Position numbers and translations under genes: made by a program. From positions 1-42,763 of IMG/VR virus record IMGVR_UViG_3300042510_000830: 42,763 nucleotides of DNA; one strand, given 5' to 3'. This DNA comes from a virus (lineage: Duplodnaviria > Caudoviricetes). The notes under the pieces are model-generated. The model did not search any database. It was given only the letters and a program-made list of their open reading frames with translations, and had not been told where the DNA came from. Each line of letters opens with the position of its first letter. The first letter of the stretch is position 1. This document shows positions 7,472 to 14,713 of the stretch, one piece after another.

Positions 7472-7720
7472 ATGAACACACCAGAACACACCATTGCCGC
7501 AGAGATCCTTCTGCTTCAGGCTGAGGAGGAGATTTCAAAACTGAAAAATGAAATTCAAATTTTGAAAAAGGAGCGGGAAATTGAGGCTGACATTCAGCTC
7601 AAGATTGCGCTCAAGGCTGACAAGTACTACATGCAACTACAGGCCATCAAGGAGTCTGCCTTCGGTGATATCACCGGGATCACGGCAGAAGACCTGTCGT
7701 TTATGAGCGAACGAGAATGA
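7472..7720 (+). CDS. Hypothetical coiled-coil protein
   Basis: ORF, coupled to next gene. Confidence 0.6.
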   Translation: MNTPEHTIAAEILLLQAEEEISKLKNEIQILKKEREIEADIQLKIALKADKYYMQLQAIKESAFGDITGITAEDLSFMSERE

Positions 7721-8301
7721 GCGAGACACCCAAACGCAAGAAACGCAACGCCGTGTACCGCTCGCCTGAGAGCCGTGCGCGGCAGCTTGCTGGGTTGAGC
7801 GGGGTGAAGCTGGAGAAGCATGTGCCGGGTGTGATCATGGAGAAGGTTAACGGTCAAGGGGCGCTTGCCGGCATTCCGCCCGAGATCCAAAAGAAGGTGC
7901 TCGACTTGTTCGTCACAGGCCAACACAGCCGGGCCATTGCGATGCAGTTGGGGATCAGCGAGCGGAGTGTGGACGAGATCAAGGTATCGGCGCTGGACAT
8001 GGATAGCCAGTTCAGGAATGCGTACTTCAATACGAATCTGAAGGCCAAGCTACAGTCGGTGATCGATGGCGCTGCCCAGCGGGTCATGGAGCTTATGCCG
8101 GAGATGTCCGCGAAGGATGCTGTGCTGGCACTGGGGATCACGTTGGACAAGTATGCTAATCTGGAGAAGAACAAGGTGCCGGATCAGCTGCACCAGCATG
8201 TGCATCTGCACACGAACAACGACATCTCTGCCGCTTTCATGGCGGCCCTTAAGCCGCCGAAAGCACAAGACGATCATGTTGGAACGATTGAAAACGAGTG
8301 A
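7717..8301 (+). CDS. Putative terminase small subunit (HTH protein)
   Basis: HTH SRAIAMQLGISERSV, helical middle, C-terminal HQHVHLH strand; upstream of terL. Confidence 0.55.
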   Translation: MSETPKRKKRNAVYRSPESRARQLAGLSGVKLEKHVPGVIMEKVNGQGALAGIPPEIQKKVLDLFVTGQHSRAIAMQLGISERSVDEIKVSALDMDSQFRNAYFNTNLKAKLQSVIDGAAQRVMELMPEMSAKDAVLALGITLDKYANLEKNKVPDQLHQHVHLHTNNDISAAFMAALKPPKAQDDHVGTIENE

Positions 8302-8560
8302 CGCCCTTGCAAGGTTGGGATGGAAAAAGGCGACTTCAATTCCAAATTTGCAGGCTGATTCTGGAATTCAAATTTCAAATTCAAATTTCAAAATTGAAAA
8401 TCAAATTTCAAAACTGGTTTCACAAGAGCAGGCTGACCTAGCCAACGAGGTTCTCGACCTGCGCGACCTGACCGAACGGTATTGGCGCGTGATCCAGGCG
8501 CAACATGTGCGCATCGCACGATTGGAGAGCGAATTATGTGCGAGGAATGTGCCGCGCTAG
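8276..8560 (+). CDS. Hypothetical coiled-coil protein containing a TTTCAAA tract
   Basis: MLERLKTSD...; start uncertain. Confidence 0.4.
   Translation: MLERLKTSDALARLGWKKATSIPNLQADSGIQISNSNFKIENQISKLVSQEQADLANEVLDLRDLTERYWRVIQAQHVRIARLESELCARNVPR
8336..8422. repeat. Low-complexity (A)AATTTCAAA tract
   Basis: ttcaaatttcaaattcaaatttcaaaattgaaaatcaaatttcaaaa. Confidence 0.8.
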
Positions 8561-8718
8561 AAGAGGAAGCGGAGTTCTACGCGGAGGAAGCCGCGAAGTG
8601 GCGGGCCATGTACGCGCTGGCGCACAAGCGTGAGGTCACGCTGGCGCAGAGGCTCCGGGTGCTGATCCAGAGCTTGCGCCAGGTTGCTAGCGAGGTGCGC
8701 GGAATGGGCGCGAATTAA
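8536..8718 (+). CDS. Hypothetical protein
   Basis: MCEECAALEE...; stop shares TTAA with the convergent minus-strand ORF. Confidence 0.55.
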   Translation: MCEECAALEEEAEFYAEEAAKWRAMYALAHKREVTLAQRLRVLIQSLRQVASEVRGMGAN

Positions 8719-8918
8719 GCGTCCTGCATCTTAGGAAAAGCCTCAAGATTGCGGTCGGTATCCAACCACCGAGCCCGGATCAATTTGAGGTTATATTTCT
8801 TCGCCCACAGATGAGCATCTGCCTCGATAAAGCACCACTTGCTGGAACCCTCCGCAGGTGGCAAAGGTTCAATCTTCCAAAGTCCGTCGATGTTGATGAG
8901 GTGGCAACGTGTTTTCAT
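8715..8918 (-). CDS. Hypothetical protein
   Basis: Last gene of the minus-strand island. Confidence 0.5.
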   Translation of the reverse strand: MKTRCHLINIDGLWKIEPLPPAEGSSKWCFIEADAHLWAKKYNLKLIRARWLDTDRNLEAFPKMQDA

Positions 8919-8939
8919 TTTTAGGATTTCAATTTGAAT

Positions 8940-9110
8940 TTAAGGTTGACGACTTGAAACTCTAGCAAGGTGCGTGATGATTCTTCGGCGCTCCTCATCC
9001 GATAGAGTGGCCATCACTGCGGGCGGCACCACGCTCCGATAGGTGCAGCGTCGACCCTCTAGAATGTTCCAAAGGGATACGGCACCGTTTTTCCGACAGA
9101 TAGTTTTCAT
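8940..9110 (-). CDS. Hypothetical protein
   Basis: MKTICRKNGAVSLWN...; AT-rich leader. Confidence 0.5.
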   Translation of the reverse strand: MKTICRKNGAVSLWNILEGRRCTYRSVVPPAVMATLSDEERRRIITHLARVSSRQP

Positions 9111-9154
9111 GTTTGAATTCATGGATTTTGATTTTGGTTTTCTGATTTTGGTTT

Positions 9155-9427
9155 TCAAAACGCGCAGCACCCACAGCATGGCGCGTCCTCACAGCGCCCA
9201 GCCCGGTTGCGGATGCCACGCCAGCCTGAGGACGTGACGACGCCGTAGGATGTTGCGTTGCCGCGCGACCAGGCGAGTGCCTCGTTAAGGTCGCTGGATG
9301 GTTCAGCTCCGGCTGTGCAGTCAGGACAGAGGACGGCCCAGCCACGGCGGGTACGGGAGAGAGTGCCGGCCTGGGCTGGCACAGTGGTGCAGCATTCGCT
9401 GCAATTGGCGGGGTATCGGTTTTTCAT
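9155..9427 (-). CDS. Cys-rich protein ending RN..GRCEDAPCCGCC
   Basis: CxxC pairs plus a conserved-looking phage C-terminal motif. Confidence 0.7.
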   Translation of the reverse strand: MKNRYPANCSECCTTVPAQAGTLSRTRRGWAVLCPDCTAGAEPSSDLNEALAWSRGNATSYGVVTSSGWRGIRNRAGRCEDAPCCGCCAF

Positions 9428-9457
9428 GTGTGTGTTGGTTTTGGTTTTGCTTATCCG

Positions 9458-9548
9458 AATTTCAAATTCAAATTTCAAATTTAAATTCTAAACTCGGATT
9501 TCAAAATCAAAATTGGTTTTCTAAATTCAAATTTCAAAAAAGGTTTTT
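9458..9548. repeat. Low-complexity (A)AATTTCAAA tract
   Basis: aatttcaaattcaaatttcaaatttaaattc...aaattcaaatttcaaaaa. Confidence 0.8.
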
Positions 9549-9712
9549 GCTTTGGGGAATCGAGAGCCGAAAACGGCCTGGGTGATGCGACGATGCGGGT
9601 GCTGGGTATGGGTGCGTATTGGTGCGAAAAAGCGTCAAAAGACGGCGCCTTTCAGACCAAAGATACTAGAAAAGGTTGAAACGGAGAAGGTTAAGGCATA
9701 GGGAAAAGGCGC

Positions 9713-9743
9713 AAAAGAGCCCCTAGGCGCTGAACCTAGGGGC
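9713..9743 (-). terminator. Intrinsic terminator
   Basis: gcccctagg/cctaggggc stem followed by TCTTTT on the minus strand, downstream of 9761-9967. Confidence 0.7.
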
Positions 9744-9760
9744 GATTGCTTGGCAAGGGG

Positions 9761-9967
9761 TTAGAGTATGCCTCTCATGATGTCCCGATATAAACGACGG
9801 TTTTCGGTGTGTAACTCGCGGCAAGCGCGCGCAAACTGTACTCGCCAGGATAGGCGCTGAGCTTGCCAAAATTCGGGTTTTAGACGGCTTATAGCGTAGC
9901 AGAGCACCTCTCGGTGCGAGTCTGCTACGTTACAGCGTGAAACGATGGAAAAGAGGGCGGTTTTCAT
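9761..9967 (-). CDS. Hypothetical protein
   Basis: TAATG-coupled to the GP88-like gene. Confidence 0.6.
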   Translation of the reverse strand: MKTALFSIVSRCNVADSHREVLCYAISRLKPEFWQAQRLSWRVQFARACRELHTENRRLYRDIMRGIL

Positions 9968-10572
9968 TAATGGAGTCTGTAGGTGACCGTTTGAACGCTC
10001 TTATCCCAACAGTTGCGACAGTCGCCGCACTTGTTGCCCTGCGCAGGCGCAGGACAGGTCCCCTCCGTTGATGAGACTTCGCTGGTGGTAAGGCCCATAT
10101 GCTGCGCGAGACTGTTAGGGCCAGCTTTATCTACCATGTAAGCGGAAAGACGCACAGTAAGGTTAGCTGGAAACGGGCCGTAGAGCTCGAAATACTCACT
10201 GACAATCCCATACTCTTTAGTCGGGAGCCAGAATTGTATTTCAGGCAACGCTAGAGCAATGCGAACGATACTTTTGAGCGTTTTTAGAGACTGTAAGTCG
10301 CCACTATCGAACCATCGAAAATATCCGCTTTTCTCTGTACTGCGGATTTTTTCGATCATCGCTGGCACCCATTGGGGCGAGTCCATTAGGGCGAGACGCT
10401 CTTGCAAGGCACGCTGCACGTTAGGCATGCGATAAAAGCCGGATAAGGCATAGCAGCCATGGCATACAGAGCCAGCGACTTGAGCGAGCTTACTGCCCGT
10501 TTTGCATGCTAAAGCGGGTACTGACCAGCCTTGGCAAGGCATCTTTGATGGTTGTGAGAGGGTGAGTTTCAT
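9967..10572 (-). CDS. GP88-like (radical-SAM-related, Cys-rich) protein
   Basis: SKMP, C..GS..., C.GCYA, FRWFDSGD, WLPT, NL.VRLS, CPA...C..CR.CW. Confidence 0.8.
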   Translation of the reverse strand: MKLTLSQPSKMPCQGWSVPALACKTGSKLAQVAGSVCHGCYALSGFYRMPNVQRALQERLALMDSPQWVPAMIEKIRSTEKSGYFRWFDSGDLQSLKTLKSIVRIALALPEIQFWLPTKEYGIVSEYFELYGPFPANLTVRLSAYMVDKAGPNSLAQHMGLTTSEVSSTEGTCPAPAQGNKCGDCRNCWDKSVQTVTYRLH

Positions 10573-10607
10573 ATGTTGCGTGTTTGTAGTGTGTTAGGTT
10601 GCTGAGG

Positions 10608-10751
10608 TTATTTTTGCTTGCTTTTGCGGTAGTCGAAATAGACTGAAAGCCAAAGGGTTGCGGTTATAAGCGCGCATCCTCCCATAAGAAGGAAAAGGCA
10701 CAAGCGGGTATAAGCCGCGAACTCTAAGGCGTTCATATCGTGGACGTTCAT
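10608..10751 (-). CDS. Small membrane peptide (47 aa)
   Basis: MNVHDMNALEFAAYTRLCLFLLMGGCALITATLWLSVYFDYRKSKQK; first ORF after the leftward promoter. Confidence 0.5.
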   Translation of the reverse strand: MNVHDMNALEFAAYTRLCLFLLMGGCALITATLWLSVYFDYRKSKQK

Positions 10752-10791
10752 AAGCTGAGTTGGGTTGGTTAAGGTTGAACTAACAGTGGCG

Positions 10792-10819
10792 AGACTAGCG
10801 TTTCGGTATAGCGTGGCAA
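10792..10819 (-). promoter_or_regulatory. Sigma70-like leftward promoter
   Basis: TTGCCA-N16-TAGTCT on the minus strand, heading the island. Confidence 0.5.
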
Positions 10820-11301
10820 TAAAAAAGAGAAGATGGGCAAAGAAAAAAGCATGAGTGTGACAGCTTGGCGAGCTCGCGACTGTCGCGACTGTGGTACGGC
10901 GAGAGCGAAAGCGGCGGCGCTATTGCAAGTGAGTTGCGTTAGCGTAGTGCAAGTAAGTTGCAATAAGGTGAAGAAAATGCGTTACGCCCCCAGCGTCACA
11001 CGAAAGCACCGCGCGCCCGCGCCCGCGCCCGGTACGCCCGCCCATCGTCCCAGCATCGCCCTTTTGACGTTCCCCGACGCACGTTTTGACGATCCCGACA
11101 CCCTACGTTTAGCCGACCCCTGTAAGCCGTTGAGCTCGAGCACCTTGCCAATAACTGAATACTATGTACGTCATATGGAACGGGGTTTTTACTCTGTAAA
11201 ACCGGCGATAGGGGGGGCGGGGGGCCGACCTGTTATTACGACGGCGACGGCGACGCATTCCCCCCCTCAGACTTTTTTTCGCCAACTGGCCCCCTTCGCG
11301 C

Positions 11302-11329
11302 TTGCGTGTACCCGTCGCCATGCTACATT
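11302..11329 (+). promoter_or_regulatory. Sigma70-like promoter
   Basis: TTGCGT-N16-TACATT with TGn extension. Confidence 0.5.
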
Positions 11330-11394
11330 CCCCTACGTCGTCCAAGACACCTCGGCTTCCGTGTTTCCCTTCTGGGGCGCACGTTGGCCACACT

Positions 11395-11435
11395 AAGCCC
11401 GTTGCGCCTTGAGGAGCGTAGCGGGCTTTCTCTTT
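11395..11435 (+). terminator. Intrinsic terminator
   Basis: aagcccgttgcgc/gcgtagcgggctt stem followed by tctcttt. Confidence 0.65.
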
Positions 11436-11442
11436 CCCCGCC

Positions 11443-11471
11443 TTGCACGCTACACTGCGCTAGTGTACCGT
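11443..11471 (+). promoter_or_regulatory. Sigma70-like promoter
   Basis: TTGCAC-N17-TACCGT just before ATG 11482. Confidence 0.4.
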
Positions 11472-11481
11472 TGGTGTCACT

Positions 11482-11889
11482 ATGACAATCAAGTACACAC
11501 TAAGCGAGAAAACGGTTAAGCAGCATCTTGGTCCGGCGTATCGGCCCATGTCGTACAAGCTCGGGGAGGACTACATCGAGCGGAAGTGCTTTCGCAGCTT
11601 CAAGCGCATCTATCGTAGCGACCTGTTGGATGGCACGCTGCCCGGTGAAGTGGCCGAGCAAAGCGCCTCTGAGCCGCAAGCGGACGTGCCGGCTCAAGTA
11701 GAAGCGCCCCATGTTGCGGAACCTGTGCAGAGTGGGGTAAGTGTGGAGCAGAAGATTGTCAGGTTGTATCCGAACCGGCGCTGGGTGCAGACGGACAAGG
11801 AGGAACAAGTGTTTGTGGGGCTCAAGGGACTCAATCTTAAGTGCGGTCAAATCATTCGGGTTAAGAACAAGACGCTATGCATAAGATGA
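11482..11889 (+). CDS. Hypothetical protein
   Basis: 135 aa ORF, two domains with an A/P/E linker. Confidence 0.65.
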   Translation: MTIKYTLSEKTVKQHLGPAYRPMSYKLGEDYIERKCFRSFKRIYRSDLLDGTLPGEVAEQSASEPQADVPAQVEAPHVAEPVQSGVSVEQKIVRLYPNRRWVQTDKEEQVFVGLKGLNLKCGQIIRVKNKTLCIR

Positions 11890-12080
11890 CGCTCAAGGAC
11901 AAGTTGGCGGTATATGACAAGCTCGAAAGGCTTAAGAGCAAGCTTAAGTCGCTTATGTTCGCATTAAGCGCAGGTTATGTTCTGCATATCGCGCTTAAGT
12001 GGTGCTTAAGCCTGGTGAACGCGCAAGAGATGCAGCTTAACACCTTTGAGTTGGCTATACTTTGGATCATCTGTTCTTAA
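11886..12080 (+). CDS. Possible small membrane protein
   Basis: ATGA-coupled; overlies a CTTAAG cluster. Confidence 0.45.
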   Translation: MTLKDKLAVYDKLERLKSKLKSLMFALSAGYVLHIALKWCLSLVNAQEMQLNTFELAILWIICS

Positions 12081-12097
12081 GCTGAGATCAAGTTCTT

Positions 12098-12137
12098 AGT
12101 CACTAGTGATATTCCCCTTCTCTAGTGACTTTCTTTT
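12098..12137 (+). terminator. Intrinsic terminator-like hairpin
   Basis: agtcactag/ctagtgact followed by ttctttt. Confidence 0.55.
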
Positions 12138-12142
12138 GCTCT

Positions 12143-12545
12143 AGCTTCGTGTTGCCGTGATAACTGTCGAAGCGCCAGCTTATCACTCTCGCAGCAGAAG
12201 CTGCTGCTCACCGTGGGAGATAAACAATCCGGCAAGGAGAGTTGCGAGTGAGCATAGTACCCCCAAGACTCAGCATTACTGCCTATCTTGGGGGAGTACT
12301 ATACAGAAATGAGACTTAACGATCCGTATAAGTGTCGTCGTTTCGTTTCGCAATTACAGTCATGAGTGATGGCTACCCGTTCGGGAAACTCTTGCCATTC
12401 TCGTAGGCGTGACTGTCAGTACTCTGCAACTTTGAGACCGATGCAGATGTTTAATCCAGCTCAAGAGGGATAGCTGGAACCATTTAATCGCCTGTGCGTC
12501 CGATGTTTCAGGTGGTGCAGAGGGTACACGGTCGCCTATTTGACG
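12143..12545 (+). ncRNA. Large structured non-coding element upstream of terL
   Basis: Six consecutive long stems with G-U pairs in + orientation; no credible ORF. Confidence 0.55.
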
Positions 12546-12553
12546 ACACAACA

Positions 12554-12581
12554 AATATAGGGCATCGTGGAAAAACGTCAA
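12554..12581 (-). promoter_or_regulatory. Sigma70-like leftward promoter pointing into the structured region
   Basis: TTGACG-N16-TATATT on the minus strand. Confidence 0.5.
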
Positions 12582-12585
12582 CACT

Positions 12586-14700
12586 ATGAATGAAGAAAAT
12601 CAGGAAATTATCGAGAAAGTTTTAGCCTACAAGCTGGAGGATCATCCAATCCTGCCTGCGCCTAATAAGCGGGAAAGGTTGGCTATGATCCAGAACATTG
12701 GCCCGGAGAAGGTGCTTGATCTGTTCCTTATGCGGGAGAACAAGATTAAGGCTGAACAGAACGATCCGATGCGCTATGGCCACGAACTGGCGCACTGGCC
12801 CGACGCGGACAGCCTGCTCAACCGTTTTAACGAGACGGTCATCCTTGGCGGGAATAGATGCCTGGCTGGGGAGACGGAGATCACAGATGCCAAGACCGGC
12901 AAGAAGCTGCGCGTAGATGCCATCAACAAGCCGTTTCATGTTCTGGCCATAGATGAATCAACCGGGCAGGTTGTGGTGGCTGAGGCTGAGGTTCCTTTCA
13001 AGAAAGAAAATGCGGATCTCTTTGAGGTAAAGACAAACCTTGGCACATCGGTTGTTTGCTCAGGGGCACACCTTGTTTTGTGCAAAGATAAAACGTGGAT
13101 GCCTATTTCAAAGCTGTCTACCAGCTCTGAGCTCTTTCATCCATGTGAAGACCTTAAGATAGAGTCAGTGCAATTTATACGGAATGACGTTGTGTGGGAT
13201 TTCACCGTCCCAGTATATCATAACTACATACATGCGGCGATAACCCATCACAATTCAGGAAAAACCGAGTACGCAGCCAAACGGATGGCTCAAGCGTTCA
13301 TCGGCACTGACCTGTCCGGCACTACACCCGACTGGATCAAGGAACGCCAGGGTAAACGCAACATCCGCATCTGGTGTTTGCACACGACCCACATGACCAG
13401 CGTGTCAGCACAGCAGAACGTATTCTATAAGTACCTTCCACCAGAGATTCGCAACATTAAACGTACTAATCATACGCAAATTAGTTTTAGCCAAAAGAAC
13501 GGCTTTAGCGACAATACGGCGGTGTACATGGGCAACCAGATCTGGTTCCTGAACTATGCCCAGGACATTAAGGTGGTCGAAGGTGGCGAGGTGGACTACG
13601 TCTGGTGCGACGAGCTTGTCCCGCAGAACTGGCTGGAGACCCTCCGCTACCGGCTTGTGACACGCTCAGGCAAGCTGATCGTCACCTTTACGCCGGTGCA
13701 AGGGTACACCCAGGTCGTGAAGGAGTACATCAACAGTACCAAGGTCACCGTCAGCCGCCCCTCGCCGCTCTTGCCCAATAGCAACGTCCTTACCGTACCC
13801 AAGGGTGAGATGCCCTACATGGCCGAGAACCTGTACGGACGACACGCCTGCATCTGGTATCATACCGAGCTTAACCCGTACAACAACTGGGAACGGATGA
13901 AGCAGGAGCTTTCGGGGCGCTCCAGCCACGACATCAAGATCCGCGCTTATGGCTGGGCAGATCAGACGGCTGGCTCCGAGTTTCCCATGTTTGGTGACCA
14001 CAACCTGTGGAAGGGGGAGCCGGAAGACTTGATCCCCGAAGGAAGCAACTACATGACCGTTGACCCTGCCGGGGCGCGGAACTGGTTCATGCTCTGGGGT
14101 AGGGTGGATAAATACGGTATACTTTGGGTCTACCGTGAATGGCCCGACCAAAGCTACGGGGAATGGGCGCTCCCTAGTGACAAGGCCGACGGTCGAGCTG
14201 GCCCGGCACAGAAGGCGGGTGCAGGTCGCGGGGTGAACGAGTATACGGACTTGATCTGGAGCCTGGAGACGGCTGGCGACCGGCGCGAGATGATCGTTGA
14301 CCGTTGGATTGACCCAAGGACGGCTGGCACGGAGACGATCACCCGTGATGGGGGTGTTACAGTGTTGGACTTGCTTAATCAGACAGATAATCCACTTATA
14401 TTTACTCCTGCCGCCGCCATGCCAATTGAAGAGCGGGTGATGTTAATCAATGATCTTTTGTCATGGGATAGAGAAAAACCAATGGAAAAAGGTGTAAACC
14501 ATCCCAAGTTAATGGTGCATGAGCGTTGTCAGAACTTGATTTACAGTTTAAAGGAATGGACTGGACAAGATGGACAAAAAGGTGCTAGTAAAGATCCAAT
14601 TGACGCCTTAGGATATATGGTGGTTATGCAGCCACAATACTTCGGCGGTGAACAATGGGAAAAGCAAATGAGGCAAATGGCTCAAAGCGGCTCTTATTGA
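12586..14700 (+). CDS. terL: Terminase large subunit with mini-intein
   Basis: GGNR|SGKT Walker A, YVWCDE Walker B, VTFTP motif III, VDPA and KDPIDAL.Y nuclease acidic residues. Confidence 0.93.
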   Translation: MNEENQEIIEKVLAYKLEDHPILPAPNKRERLAMIQNIGPEKVLDLFLMRENKIKAEQNDPMRYGHELAHWPDADSLLNRFNETVILGGNRCLAGETEITDAKTGKKLRVDAINKPFHVLAIDESTGQVVVAEAEVPFKKENADLFEVKTNLGTSVVCSGAHLVLCKDKTWMPISKLSTSSELFHPCEDLKIESVQFIRNDVVWDFTVPVYHNYIHAAITHHNSGKTEYAAKRMAQAFIGTDLSGTTPDWIKERQGKRNIRIWCLHTTHMTSVSAQQNVFYKYLPPEIRNIKRTNHTQISFSQKNGFSDNTAVYMGNQIWFLNYAQDIKVVEGGEVDYVWCDELVPQNWLETLRYRLVTRSGKLIVTFTPVQGYTQVVKEYINSTKVTVSRPSPLLPNSNVLTVPKGEMPYMAENLYGRHACIWYHTELNPYNNWERMKQELSGRSSHDIKIRAYGWADQTAGSEFPMFGDHNLWKGEPEDLIPEGSNYMTVDPAGARNWFMLWGRVDKYGILWVYREWPDQSYGEWALPSDKADGRAGPAQKAGAGRGVNEYTDLIWSLETAGDRREMIVDRWIDPRTAGTETITRDGGVTVLDLLNQTDNPLIFTPAAAMPIEERVMLINDLLSWDREKPMEKGVNHPKLMVHERCQNLIYSLKEWTGQDGQKGASKDPIDALGYMVVMQPQYFGGEQWEKQMRQMAQSGSY
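12859..13254 (+). mobile_element. Mini-intein (132 aa, no homing endonuclease) in the TerL Walker A
   Basis: Starts CLAGET; block B CSGAHLV; block F VWDFTV..HNY; ends HN before Ser; removal restores GGNRSGKT. Confidence 0.93.
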
Positions 14701-14713
14701 ACTTTATCTTTCT

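Noticed and set aside
10833-11396. 187-aa + strand ORF and 94-aa - strand ORF
   Set aside because: Translate low-complexity repeats and span promoter-like elements; not protein-like
12360-12584. 74-aa minus-strand ORF
   Set aside because: Non-ATG start overlapping the predicted promoter; region better explained by secondary structure
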